This document shows, piece after piece, positions 11,394 through 21,424 of a stretch of DNA of 52,535 bases. The position numbers and the translations under genes were made by a program. Source of the DNA: a virus (taxonomy: Duplodnaviria > Caudoviricetes); the IMG/VR virus record IMGVR_UViG_3300047667_000935, positions 1 to 52,535 of that record, one strand, 5' to 3'. The notes under the pieces were generated by a model. It was not told where the DNA came from. It saw only the letters and a list, made by a program, of their open reading frames with translations, and ran no database searches. How positions within the stretch are numbered: position 1 is the stretch's first letter; every line of letters begins with the position of its first letter.

Positions 11394-12005
11394 ATGACAA
11401 ATTTAAAAGAATATAGCGGTTTACACGTTGAAGGTCACATTAAGATATTTGATCCAGCATCCGGAGAAACCTTTATTAATAAACGAAATGCTATTAATTA
11501 TGAAAACATGAGTTTATCATTAGCAGAAAGCTTGGCCAACCAGGGCCAGGGCTTTATCTATGAAATGAGTTTTGGTAACGGCGGCACAAGCGTAGATCCA
11601 ACAGGTATTATTACCTACTTAACTCCAAACACAACAGGAACAAATGCTAGTTTGTATAATCAAACTTATACAAAAGTAATTGACGACCGCAGTGTTAACA
11701 ATGTAGATCCTACTAGAAACAAAACCGAAGTACGGCATGTTTCAGGAACCAACTACACTGATATCTTAGTTAGTTGTTTGTTGGACTACGGTGAACCAGA
11801 TGGACAAGATGCATTTGACACTAGTAGTAATAGCAACGGATTATATGTTTTTGATGAACTAGGATTAAAAGGTTTTAAATCGTCGAGCGCGGACAGACTG
11901 TTAACACATGTTATTTTTCACCCTGTTCAAAAAAGTTTAAACAGATTAATACAAATCGATTATACTGTTAGAGTACAGAGCCTTAGCGGCTTCAACGAGG
12001 GATAA
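11394..12005 (+). CDS. Putative baseplate/tail structural protein, 203 aa
   Basis: Lies between the giant structural gene and the tail fibres; the C-terminal FDELGL...HPVQKSLNRLIQIDYTVRV resembles phage tail-attachment proteins; AGGTGG SD-like motif upstream. Confidence 0.6.
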   Translation: MTNLKEYSGLHVEGHIKIFDPASGETFINKRNAINYENMSLSLAESLANQGQGFIYEMSFGNGGTSVDPTGIITYLTPNTTGTNASLYNQTYTKVIDDRSVNNVDPTRNKTEVRHVSGTNYTDILVSCLLDYGEPDGQDAFDTSSNSNGLYVFDELGLKGFKSSSADRLLTHVIFHPVQKSLNRLIQIDYTVRVQSLSGFNEG

Positions 12006-12007
12006 AA

Positions 12008-14083
12008 ATGGCATACAATGTAAAATTTACCGATAATGTTAACAAAGGATCGATAGTTGTTGAAGACAGCACCTTCAACAGCGAAACAAGCCTGTCACTT
12101 CCAGGAAGAGATCAGGGCGAATACGGAACAATTGTTGCAGAAAATTTCTTGCATTTATTGGAAAATTTTGCAAATACTAGTTCTCCCGAAAGACCGGTTG
12201 AAGGCCAGCTTTGGTACGACACAACTGATAATGCCAATCAATTAAAACTTTACGATGGAACCCAGTGGGTAAGTGCAGGCGGTCTAAAAAAAGCAGCAAC
12301 CGAACCTTCTGCAACTACAAGTACGCTAGGGGACTTGTGGATTAACACCTCGACACAGCAACTATATTTGTACAGCGGATCCGGATGGATACTTGTTGGC
12401 CCTTCAGATGCAGCAGGAACTGGCACAGGAACACTAACGCAAAGCATCAAAGACACCAACAACCAATTTAGAACTGTTATAGTTGATTATATTGAAAATA
12501 AAGTTATATCAGTAATTAGCGCAGATCAATTCACAGCCAAGAATCAAAGTGATCTCCCAGGTTTTTCAACCGGCGCAACTAACAATATAATTTATCCTGG
12601 TATTAATTTAAGTAAAACAATAACAGGAACAGGAAGTGATCTTGGCGGTATAACAACTCCTACAAAATATTACGGAGTTGCAGACCGTGCCGAGAACTTA
12701 ATCATCAACGGATCTCCGAGAGCTGCTGCCGAATTTGCAATACTTAGTTCTGCAAATACCTTTACTAAGTCGTTGACTGTTAACAGCAATGACGGAATAA
12801 CAGTCGGTGACGATACAAAGTTTAAGATGTCTGTTTCTGGTAGCAACGGCGAAATTAGAAACGGAGCATCAGATGGCAGCATTGACTTTAAAGTAAGAAA
12901 AGACGGAACATTAACAACTGCATTACGAGTATACCACGATGCAAGTGTAGTAATTGGTAGCCCGACTAGAATTCCAACAGCTACACTTGACGTACGAGGA
13001 GATATTAGAACAGCTGGCAATATCAACATTGGCACTGACGCTAACGCCGCAGCATCAAACTTAACTGTGAGTGGTAGCACTAGCGTAATCGGAAACCTAG
13101 TAGTTGACGGCACTGCAAGCGTGTTAGGAATTGTTAGTATTAATAATATTATAACAAGCGCAACGGACTTATCGAATATCGGAACCGCAATGGTACCATT
13201 TGCTAATATGTTCTCTAACAAATTTACCGGAGCCTTTGTTGGAGAGTTAACTGGTAATATAACAGGATCAGCTGGATCGTCAGCAAAGTTAATTAGTCCG
13301 ACTAGTTTTCAATTAGTCGGAGACGTTGTATCTAATATTGTCGAATTTGATGGACAAAGCGGCTCGTTGACAAAAGAGTTTGACACTACCTTAAGTGACA
13401 CATTCTTTACTGATAAGGATGCAGTAATAACATCACTAGCTACTGATCAAATTCTAGTTAACAGACCGGGTACCGGAATACGAGTAGTAGAACAGAGTAC
13501 ATTATTAGGGAAAATACCCAACGATTCGTTTGGCCCATTAGTTCCTATTGGGAGTATTTTGCCATTTGGTGGATCAATTGCTCCTACTGGATGGTTTATG
13601 TGCGACGGAACAGAGCGCAGCATTACTACATATGAATTACTGTACGAAGTTATCGGTGCAAGTTTTGGAGTGTCATCGTCGCCATCGACTGTATTTAAAT
13701 CTCCTGACATGCGCGGCCGCTCTTTGCTAGGACACCTTGACGGAGCGACCGGAAGTGCTCGTGTTGTCAACGACGGCGCTGCTAACACTGTTGGTAACTA
13801 TGGCGGATCCGATAGTGCCTTTATTGAGCAAGGGCAACTACCGGACCACAATCACAGCTTACGAGGCGATGCCGGCACACAATTCTATGCCACTAATAAT
13901 GATGTTACTAATCCAGCTGATTCGGCATCAGCAAGTACACTTCCGTCAGCAACAGGGCCCCTTACTGGGTCCGGAATAACAAGAACAGAAGGAATTGCCG
14001 ATCGTACATTGCCGCAAGAAGAATTTAAAACAGTTTCACCTTTTGCAACAGTTAACTTTATCATATACCACGGAGTCTTTTAA
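12008..14083 (+). CDS. Tail fibre protein with phage tail-collar domain, 691 aa
   Basis: PIGSILPFGGSIAPTGWFMCDG...LYEVIG..FG...PDMRGR is the tail-collar signature; C-terminal PFATVNFII; shares the ENF..LENFA...GQLWYD N-terminal domain with the next two genes. Confidence 0.85.
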   Translation: MAYNVKFTDNVNKGSIVVEDSTFNSETSLSLPGRDQGEYGTIVAENFLHLLENFANTSSPERPVEGQLWYDTTDNANQLKLYDGTQWVSAGGLKKAATEPSATTSTLGDLWINTSTQQLYLYSGSGWILVGPSDAAGTGTGTLTQSIKDTNNQFRTVIVDYIENKVISVISADQFTAKNQSDLPGFSTGATNNIIYPGINLSKTITGTGSDLGGITTPTKYYGVADRAENLIINGSPRAAAEFAILSSANTFTKSLTVNSNDGITVGDDTKFKMSVSGSNGEIRNGASDGSIDFKVRKDGTLTTALRVYHDASVVIGSPTRIPTATLDVRGDIRTAGNINIGTDANAAASNLTVSGSTSVIGNLVVDGTASVLGIVSINNIITSATDLSNIGTAMVPFANMFSNKFTGAFVGELTGNITGSAGSSAKLISPTSFQLVGDVVSNIVEFDGQSGSLTKEFDTTLSDTFFTDKDAVITSLATDQILVNRPGTGIRVVEQSTLLGKIPNDSFGPLVPIGSILPFGGSIAPTGWFMCDGTERSITTYELLYEVIGASFGVSSSPSTVFKSPDMRGRSLLGHLDGATGSARVVNDGAANTVGNYGGSDSAFIEQGQLPDHNHSLRGDAGTQFYATNNDVTNPADSASASTLPSATGPLTGSGITRTEGIADRTLPQEEFKTVSPFATVNFIIYHGVF

Positions 14084-15921
14084 TGAGTTATAAAATTAAT
14101 ACAACCAACGGCGCACTTTTAGTAGACTTAATCGACGGCAGGATTGACGACGAAACTACTGATTTAATTCTCATTGGAAGAAACTATACAGGATACGGCG
14201 AAGCGTTTAATGAAAATTTTGTTAAAGTTCTTGAAAACTTTGCAAATACTGCTGCACCGTCTAATCCACTTGTTGGGCAACTATGGTACGACACTAGCGA
14301 AGTAAGATTAAAAGTATATAACGGACAGTCATTTATAGCAACTGCTGCAACTATTGTTTCTTCTACTGCGCCGCTATCTTTAGCAGCCGGAGAACTTTGG
14401 GTAGATACTGCAAACAAACAATTAAAGTTCAGCGACGGTAGTAATACATTTCTTGCTGGCCCAATTTATACAGTTGCTCAAGGGAAATCAGGACTAGATG
14501 TCGAGACACTAGTCGACGAGTTTGGAAATTCAAAAGTTGTTGTACGATTGTTAATAGCTGCACAACCGGTTGCAATTATTAGTAGAGAATCGTTTAATAT
14601 GTCTACTGCTATACCCAACTTTGACACAGAAATCAAAGAAGGTATTAACATTAGTTCTTTGTATCCAGACTTTCTTTACCATGGAACTGCCGAATCTGCA
14701 TTATCGCTATCGGGGATATCAGCTACTGGATTTCTGCGAACTAATCCAGAAAGTGCAGTAGTCGGCAATACAACAACTGGCATACTAAAAATACAGACTA
14801 ATTTAGGATTAACAGTTGGCGACAACAATGACTTCAAATTACTTATATCAAATAATAATACTGTGCTGCGAAATCAAACAGGTAATGCAGGAATTAAATT
14901 TCAAGTTAATACAGGTCCAACAGTAAGTGAAGACTTTTTAACCGATTATTTAACTGTTAATACTATTGCAGGCAACGTAGGAATTTGGCAAGACAATCCA
15001 CAATACAACCTTGATGTATTTGGCGATATGGGCATAACAGGAAACCTTGTTGCATCCGGTGATGTAAGAATAACAGGAAGTCTTGTTGTCGAAGGCGCCA
15101 CAACAAGCATCGACGTTGCTACTCTGAGAGTAGAAGACAAAAATATCGAGTTAGGAATTACAAGCACTGGTGTGTTACTTACAGATGTACAAGCTGACGA
15201 AGGTGGTATACAACTAAAAGTTGACAGCAGTGACAAAGAATTTATTTGGCGCAATGCATCTAATTCGTGGACTAGTTCAACAAACATCGACCTTGCTGCC
15301 GGACTTTCATATAAAATTGGATCAAATGATGTGTTGTCGGATACTACACTAGCAGTATCAGTTGATAACGCACTTGGATTAACTCGTGTAGGCACACTAC
15401 AATATCTTGATGTTGACGATATTAGATTAAATGATTCTACTATATCGACAACGGCTAATCCGTTGTCGATAGTTAGTAATGGCGCAATATCGGTTAACAG
15501 TCAACGAATTATAGATATTGCAGATCCAATAGACCCACAGGATGTTGCAAGCAAGATTTACGTCGATACCAGAAGCGGAGTTTCGGCAATTGATATTGCT
15601 TTCTCACTTGATGTCACTGGATTAACTAATTCATCTATAGAAACTATAATCGAATCAATGGTATCGTCGACTACAAAAGACGACAACGTAGAAGCATTAA
15701 TACATTGTACTGAGTATAGCGGAACAAATACATATAATGCATCCGATGGAATTTCAAAAACATTTGTTACAGTCGACAAAGCTGGCACTGAAAATCAGTC
15801 GGTGTTGGTTGATATTTTATTTAACAATGCCACTAATACGTTGGCACTCACAGTTACACGCACGTTAAAGAGATTTAGAGTAGTTACTGGTTCATGGACA
15901 TACATCGAAGACGTAAGCTAA
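14083..15921 (+). CDS. Tail fibre-like structural protein, 612 aa
   Basis: Shared N-terminal domain (GRNYTGYGEAFNENFVKVLENFA...GQLWYD); IADPIDPQDVASKIYVD resembles a trimeric adhesin/fibre neck motif; TAATG overlap with the upstream gene. Confidence 0.7.
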   Translation: MSYKINTTNGALLVDLIDGRIDDETTDLILIGRNYTGYGEAFNENFVKVLENFANTAAPSNPLVGQLWYDTSEVRLKVYNGQSFIATAATIVSSTAPLSLAAGELWVDTANKQLKFSDGSNTFLAGPIYTVAQGKSGLDVETLVDEFGNSKVVVRLLIAAQPVAIISRESFNMSTAIPNFDTEIKEGINISSLYPDFLYHGTAESALSLSGISATGFLRTNPESAVVGNTTTGILKIQTNLGLTVGDNNDFKLLISNNNTVLRNQTGNAGIKFQVNTGPTVSEDFLTDYLTVNTIAGNVGIWQDNPQYNLDVFGDMGITGNLVASGDVRITGSLVVEGATTSIDVATLRVEDKNIELGITSTGVLLTDVQADEGGIQLKVDSSDKEFIWRNASNSWTSSTNIDLAAGLSYKIGSNDVLSDTTLAVSVDNALGLTRVGTLQYLDVDDIRLNDSTISTTANPLSIVSNGAISVNSQRIIDIADPIDPQDVASKIYVDTRSGVSAIDIAFSLDVTGLTNSSIETIIESMVSSTTKDDNVEALIHCTEYSGTNTYNASDGISKTFVTVDKAGTENQSVLVDILFNNATNTLALTVTRTLKRFRVVTGSWTYIEDVS

Positions 15922-15938
15922 GTTATAATGGTTAACTG

Positions 15939-15945
15939 ATAAATA
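15939..15945 (+). promoter_or_regulatory. Putative late promoter (ATAAATA)
   Basis: Intergenic GATAAATAC, followed by an AGGGG SD-like motif and the ATG at 15975. Confidence 0.6.
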
Positions 15946-15974
15946 CTATTAACGCAATAGGGGTTGAACCATAA

Positions 15975-17426
15975 ATGGCTTATATTATTAACAGATACAA
16001 CGGATCAGTCTTAACAACAGTTGAAGACGGCACGGTAAACCAAGCTACTGAATTAAAATTCATTGGCAAAAACTTTGCCGGTTACGGTGAAGCACAGAAC
16101 GAAAACTTTTTATTCCTTTTGGAAAACTTTGCCTCGTCAACAGCACCAACTAGACCGATTACTGGACAGCTTTGGTATGATAACAATATTTCAAAAATTA
16201 AAATATACAACGGATCGATATGGAAGATCGCCGGCGGCGCCGAAGCAAGTGCAACTGCTCCTGTTGGACTGTCTGAAGGCGAACTTTGGTGGAATAGTAA
16301 TACCGGCCAGCTTTATAGTCAAAATGCAGTAAATGAATGGGTTCTAGTAGGACCGCAGGGTGCAGGATCAGGACTTACTCAAATGCAATCGTTGACGCTA
16401 TTTGATACGGTTGGCAATCCGCATGCTGTTATTGCTGCTACAATCGAAGATGTTATTGTTTATATCACAAGTCAGTCTGCATTTACAATTTCGTCAGGCG
16501 ACGCAATAACAGGATTTGATGAAATTAAACAAGGTATTACACTTGTAAATACCCAAGCTGCTACCGCAGGTAACACCACAAGTGATCATGTTTTTTGGGG
16601 AACTGCAAGTAACGCACTAACACTAGATGGCCAGACAGCAGCAGAATTCCTTACAATTAGTAATGCAGCGTTTACTAGTGTTGTTAAGTTTGATGACCCG
16701 GGATTTACACTTGGTAATGACGACGACCTAGTTGTTAAAATTGCACCCGATACTATAACTCCTATAATACAACTTAAACGCGGTGTGCTTACAATCCAAG
16801 ATTCAGCAGATCAAGATATTATAAATATCACCGACACTGAAATTAACCCAGCAGTGACTGACACATATACTCTTGGCACAACAGCAAACCAATGGTCCAA
16901 CGTATATGCAACTACATTTACTGGCACCGCAACACAATCAAACGCATTAGCAGTAAGCGGAGTGTATAGAACAGCTACAACTACTGCCACTGCAAACACT
17001 ATTGCAGCAAGAGATGCATTAGGCGATATAGCCGCAGTAGTATTTCGCGGAATAGCAACTACTGCTCGATATGCCGACTTAGCAGAAAAATATTCAACCA
17101 ACGAAGAACTACTTCCTGGCACAGCAGTAGCAGTTTGTGATTGTATGGATCATGAAGTGGAACCTGCCAGAGCAAGCAGACATTGTATCGGGGTTATATC
17201 AACAGACCCTGCATACATGATGAACAGTGAAGCAGATGGGCAGTACGTCGGCTTAAAAGGCCGTCTTCCTGTTAGGGTACTAGGCCCGGTTAAAAAAGGC
17301 CAAGCAGTGTATGCAATGGACGCAGGGGTGTGTACTACAATTGCTACCACTGCATTAGTTGGCATATCGCTAGAGACAAACGACAGCAACGACGAAAAAC
17401 TAGTTGAGTGTGTGCTTAAGGTATAA
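15975..17426 (+). CDS. Tail fibre/spike protein with C-terminal intramolecular-chaperone (peptidase G2-like autocleavage) domain, 483 aa
   Basis: Shared N-terminal domain; the C-terminal YADLAEKY...GVISTDPAYMMN...VGLKGRLPVRV..VKKG pattern resembles autocleaving chaperone domains of phage appendage proteins. Confidence 0.7.
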   Translation: MAYIINRYNGSVLTTVEDGTVNQATELKFIGKNFAGYGEAQNENFLFLLENFASSTAPTRPITGQLWYDNNISKIKIYNGSIWKIAGGAEASATAPVGLSEGELWWNSNTGQLYSQNAVNEWVLVGPQGAGSGLTQMQSLTLFDTVGNPHAVIAATIEDVIVYITSQSAFTISSGDAITGFDEIKQGITLVNTQAATAGNTTSDHVFWGTASNALTLDGQTAAEFLTISNAAFTSVVKFDDPGFTLGNDDDLVVKIAPDTITPIIQLKRGVLTIQDSADQDIINITDTEINPAVTDTYTLGTTANQWSNVYATTFTGTATQSNALAVSGVYRTATTTATANTIAARDALGDIAAVVFRGIATTARYADLAEKYSTNEELLPGTAVAVCDCMDHEVEPARASRHCIGVISTDPAYMMNSEADGQYVGLKGRLPVRVLGPVKKGQAVYAMDAGVCTTIATTALVGISLETNDSNDEKLVECVLKV

Positions 17427-17429
17427 ATA
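17422..17429 (+). promoter_or_regulatory. Late promoter, perfect TATAAATA
   Basis: Exact T4 late consensus overlapping the stop codon, upstream of AGGA and the ATG at 17456. Confidence 0.7.
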
Positions 17430-17455
17430 AAACTAGTAGTTTATAGGAAAAATTA

Positions 17456-18343
17456 ATGGCTTCAGGCGATATAATCTCAGCAGCGCGGTATAATGCAATG
17501 CAAACAACAGTGGAACAGGTACTAGGCAACGGTGCAACTGACTTCGGATACGGTCAGCTATTGTCGAGTGCTGTTGTAGCATCGTCTGCTACAGTTAATG
17601 CTACTCATATGCAGCGACTCAAGACTGATCTTATTAATATTTTTGCTCATCAAAATGGTGCTATACCTACGTTGTTGTCAATCACAGCTAACAGTGATAT
17701 TACAGATAGCTCGTACGCCCAGTACGAATCTGTAACTTCCGGAATTACAGGTGCTGCCCGTTTTAATATTGACCCTGCAGAAGGCACAACTTCTGCATTA
17801 GCATCAAGTACTAGAAATACCAGCTGGAACGGTACAATTACACACGAGTTTAGCATAACGTTTGCATCTGCAGATGCACGCAGACACTTCTTTAACGCAG
17901 GTGGAGAAATACGATTCGGCGCACAGCTCTCGGCCCCGACTGATGCTAAATCATCAGCGTGGTCATCATTTTTATCTAGTATGCAATCTGTTATCTTTAA
18001 TCATACAACGGCATTATCAACAGCATCAATCACAACTGACACATCCGCAAGCATTGGCAATTTTGACTTGGTAAATAATGCAGCATATGTACAAATTTAT
18101 ACAAACTCAAAAACCACCGGATATTCGGATACTTTTTATAACATCAGTGCTAAAGCAACCGTTGATAAATTAACATTTTTAGTTGAATTTGTTGACGGCC
18201 CTGGAGCAACTGGCCCCGGAGGGTCAATTGACGAAAACGTTAGCGGTACTATTACAAGCTCAATTAATCAATTTAGAGCAACTGGTACATATGTTTCGGT
18301 GCCAAGTCCGGTGTTTTCAAACATTAGTGCTATTAGCACATAA
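17456..18343 (+). CDS. Ser/Thr/Ala-rich virion structural protein, paralogue 1, 295 aa
   Basis: G.IISA..YN N-terminus and TFASADARRHFFNAGGEIRF motif shared with the next gene; late-promoter motif upstream. Confidence 0.6.
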   Translation: MASGDIISAARYNAMQTTVEQVLGNGATDFGYGQLLSSAVVASSATVNATHMQRLKTDLINIFAHQNGAIPTLLSITANSDITDSSYAQYESVTSGITGAARFNIDPAEGTTSALASSTRNTSWNGTITHEFSITFASADARRHFFNAGGEIRFGAQLSAPTDAKSSAWSSFLSSMQSVIFNHTTALSTASITTDTSASIGNFDLVNNAAYVQIYTNSKTTGYSDTFYNISAKATVDKLTFLVEFVDGPGATGPGGSIDENVSGTITSSINQFRATGTYVSVPSPVFSNISAIST

Positions 18344-18347
18344 TGTA

Positions 18348-18354
18348 ATAAATA
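18348..18354 (+). promoter_or_regulatory. Putative late promoter (ATAAATA)
   Basis: Intergenic motif followed by GGAG SD and the ATG at 18376. Confidence 0.6.
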
Positions 18355-18375
18355 CACTGTTATCGGAGACTACAC

Positions 18376-19362
18376 ATGCCTGTAAGTATTGGCGGAATAA
18401 TATCTGCATCAGATTACAATAATATAAGAACCACATTATCATCTGTGTATAACACCACCTACGGACAAACACTACGATCATCACCTGTGGTTGTTGCATC
18501 TAGTAAAATCACGTCGTTGCAATTAGAAGAACTTTATCTCGATGCACAAGGATGTTTCGTGCATCAAGCTGGATCAATATCTTCTCTTATCAGTGTTCCT
18601 GCATTAGGGCAAACAGTCGGTGCCGATGCGTCGCAGACGTTTAATCAAACCACTGGAGAAAAAACAACAATTGCAACTAGTACAACATCAGGCATTAACG
18701 ATTACAATCAACTAGTTATTGATATTAGTAATTTTGATGGAAGCACATCTGGGTGGCCAGACAGCAGCTTTTCTCTTGGCACTGCAACTACAAGTGCAAG
18801 AAGTACATCATGGGGCAATTCTTCTAGTAACCGAACTATATATCATGTAGTCACTTTTACATTTTCTAGCCTAGCAGCACGAGATTATTATTTTGATACC
18901 GGCGGCGAACTAAGATTTTCTGCAAGCTTAACTAGTGGCTCTGGGTCAAAGGATACCGATTGGGCTAATATGCTAGCAGCAATAGGCACTGTAAAATTTG
19001 ACAAGTATCGAGTAACTGCTAATTCTGGAACAGTTTCTACTACAGGTTATGATGTGTTAACATCAACTTACCAATCATTTTACACCAAGTCTGGTTCTGG
19101 CGCCTACAGTAATAATGACTATACCATTGACGGACGTGTAGTTAGTGATACTGTTTTACGATTTAGAGTATCAATAGATGATGGAAGCACTGGCAACATT
19201 GATGAACCAGTTGGCGGAACAATCACTAGCATTGTTAACACATTCAGCCCCGACAGCAGCTTTGTATACAACGCCACAACATATACAGCAGTTAGTATTC
19301 CTGCACCGTCTATTGCATCAGCAGTTACATTATTATCAAACAACAGCTCTGCACCGGCATAA
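18376..19362 (+). CDS. Ser/Thr-rich virion structural protein, paralogue 2, 328 aa
   Basis: TFSSLAARDYYFDTGGELRF aligns with paralogue 1; IDE.V.GTITS C-terminal motif is shared. Confidence 0.6.
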   Translation: MPVSIGGIISASDYNNIRTTLSSVYNTTYGQTLRSSPVVVASSKITSLQLEELYLDAQGCFVHQAGSISSLISVPALGQTVGADASQTFNQTTGEKTTIATSTTSGINDYNQLVIDISNFDGSTSGWPDSSFSLGTATTSARSTSWGNSSSNRTIYHVVTFTFSSLAARDYYFDTGGELRFSASLTSGSGSKDTDWANMLAAIGTVKFDKYRVTANSGTVSTTGYDVLTSTYQSFYTKSGSGAYSNNDYTIDGRVVSDTVLRFRVSIDDGSTGNIDEPVGGTITSIVNTFSPDSSFVYNATTYTAVSIPAPSIASAVTLLSNNSSAPA

Positions 19363-19367
19363 AATAA

Positions 19368-19396
19368 TTGACAAACCGTAAAAAATGTTGTATTAT
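19368..19396 (+). promoter_or_regulatory. Sigma70-type promoter TTGACA-N17-TATTAT
   Basis: Perfect -35 at 19368-19373, 17-bp spacer, TATTAT at 19391-19396 (overlapping TATAAT at 19394-19399); AAGGA SD downstream. Confidence 0.7.
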
Positions 19397-19420
19397 AATA
19401 CAATATAATAAGGATTTCCA

Positions 19421-19765
19421 ATGGACGATAAATTAGCAGACGCACTTGATTTTAGTAACTATATGATTACACTTGACAATCAAAAAAGATTACTAAAAGA
19501 ACAATACAACAACGACATTATTTATTATCACAATGGCGGACAATTTACGCTAACTTACTCATTAATTAGCTTTTGTGCAACAATGACAATGACTGGGCAG
19601 CTTTCGTCGGTGTTAATCGATGACAATTCAACTCCGATACATATTGATCATCTACAGGAATTTGCAAATAACACACTGACAGCATACACTAAAGCAGGCA
19701 ACAAGTATTTAACAGAATTTTCTAAGTTAAAAAATAACCGCACAGTCGAAGGTATTATTGATTAA
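19421..19765 (+). CDS. Hypothetical protein, 114 aa
   Basis: ORF with SD and promoter; TAATG overlap with the next gene. Confidence 0.75.
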   Translation: MDDKLADALDFSNYMITLDNQKRLLKEQYNNDIIYYHNGGQFTLTYSLISFCATMTMTGQLSSVLIDDNSTPIHIDHLQEFANNTLTAYTKAGNKYLTEFSKLKNNRTVEGIID

Positions 19766-20607
19766 TGTCAAAAGGCGCCCTCCTAATAGCACGTAACAAC
19801 AGCGAAATTGACTATATTAAACAAGCTGTCTTTTGTGCAAACAGAATTAAAAAATATCAAGGAATCCCTGTAAGCATTATTACAGATTCAGTTGCCTACC
19901 TTGAGAAAATATATCCTGATCATCCTTTTGACAAAGTAATCAATGCAGATGTATCCAGTACTGATACATATAGAAAGTATCATGACGGTTCGTGGACTAG
20001 GAAAAGTTTACAGTTTAAAAACACTGACCGAAGCACTGCATACAACCTCACTCCGTACGACGAAACAATATTATTAGATACTGACTTTATTGTTGCAAAC
20101 GATGTACTAAATAGATGTTTTGATCAAGAACATAATTTGTTGATGTACAGCAACAATGCATTTGAGTTTTCTGGTTGGAGAGACTTGTCTGAGTTTAAAT
20201 TTATAAGTGATACTGGCCCGCATTTCTATTGGGCAACTTGTGTGTTCTTTAGAAAGACTAATCCAAACAAAATATTTTTTAATTTAGTTAGTCATATAAA
20301 CAAAAACTGGCACCATTACCGACATATGTACCAAATTACATCAGGTGTGTTTCGTAATGATTTTGCATTTAGCATCGCTGCTCACATAATGAACGGTCAC
20401 AGAGATGGAAATTTTGTTAAACCAATGCCGGGTACAAAATACTTTATCACAGACCGTGATTATGTTGAAGAAATTACAGATGATAAATTTATATTTTTAA
20501 TTGAAAAACAAGGAACTGCTGATTGTTTTGCAATTAAGTCAACTGGCAGTAACATTCATATTATGAACAAGTTTAGCCTTAATAGGATTATTGACAATGC
20601 CGATTAA
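19765..20607 (+). CDS. GT-A fold glycosyltransferase-like protein (GT8-like), 280 aa
   Basis: TPYDETILLDTDFIV DxD motif; RNDFAFS in the position of the GT8 DQ motif; C-terminal His motif. Confidence 0.65.
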   Translation: MSKGALLIARNNSEIDYIKQAVFCANRIKKYQGIPVSIITDSVAYLEKIYPDHPFDKVINADVSSTDTYRKYHDGSWTRKSLQFKNTDRSTAYNLTPYDETILLDTDFIVANDVLNRCFDQEHNLLMYSNNAFEFSGWRDLSEFKFISDTGPHFYWATCVFFRKTNPNKIFFNLVSHINKNWHHYRHMYQITSGVFRNDFAFSIAAHIMNGHRDGNFVKPMPGTKYFITDRDYVEEITDDKFIFLIEKQGTADCFAIKSTGSNIHIMNKFSLNRIIDNAD

Positions 20608-21424
20608 TTTTACATTACTAGCACAAAACAGCTCAGATGATTATATTAAACAAGCATACTTGTGTGCTCTTAGTATACGAGCAACTAACCCGGGTTCTAA
20701 AATAGCACTAATAACAAACGACGAATGCAAATATGATATCTTTGATGACGTAATTAAAATTCCGTGGGGCGACGCAGCAGAAAACTCGGAATGGAAAATT
20801 GAAAATCGTTGGAAAATATACCACACTACTCCTTATAATAAAACAATTGTATTGGATACCGATATGCTGGTGCTAGATAATATTGAGCATTGGTGGAATG
20901 CTATGCAAGACAAGAAAGTGTTTTACACAACCAATGTATTAACATACCGGGGCAAGCCACTTACTAGCACACATTATAGGAAGTCATTTATACAGAACAA
21001 TCTTCCAAGTTTGTACAGCGGATTTCATTATTTTGAGAAAGGCGATGATGCGCATTTATTTTATCAATGGCTCGAACTTGTTATGAAAAACTGGGAAGCT
21101 TTTTATGAACAGCATGCAACTGGGAAAACCATCCAGGCATTTCCAAGTGTGGACGTAAGTGCAGCTATTGTTACTAAAATACTAGGATGGGAAAAAATTG
21201 TTACTGATGAAAAAAGTTACCCAAATTTTGTTCACATGAAAGCTCATGCACAGGATTGGAAATTGCCAAATAATTCGTGGATTGATAATGTTAATATATC
21301 CTTTAACAAGTCTCTTAATTTGAAAATTGGAAATTATAGCCAGCAGGGCATCTTTCATTATACTGAAAAAAACTTTGCAACTAACACAATAATAAAAATT
21401 TATGAAGAATACTTAGGAATTTAA
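20597..21424 (+). CDS. GT-A fold glycosyltransferase-like protein (GT8-like), paralogue of the upstream gene
   Basis: TPYNKTIVLDTDMLV DxD motif, shared DYIKQA N-terminal motif, FVHMK; ATG 20597 preferred over TTG 20591 from AGGA spacing. Confidence 0.65.
   Translation: MPINFTLLAQNSSDDYIKQAYLCALSIRATNPGSKIALITNDECKYDIFDDVIKIPWGDAAENSEWKIENRWKIYHTTPYNKTIVLDTDMLVLDNIEHWWNAMQDKKVFYTTNVLTYRGKPLTSTHYRKSFIQNNLPSLYSGFHYFEKGDDAHLFYQWLELVMKNWEAFYEQHATGKTIQAFPSVDVSAAIVTKILGWEKIVTDEKSYPNFVHMKAHAQDWKLPNNSWIDNVNISFNKSLNLKIGNYSQQGIFHYTEKNFATNTIIKIYEEYLGI

Noticed and set aside
93-19445. Short alternative-frame and antisense ORFs within the structural genes
   Set aside because: Essentially nested in long, motif-bearing genes and lacking motifs of their own; expected shadow ORFs.
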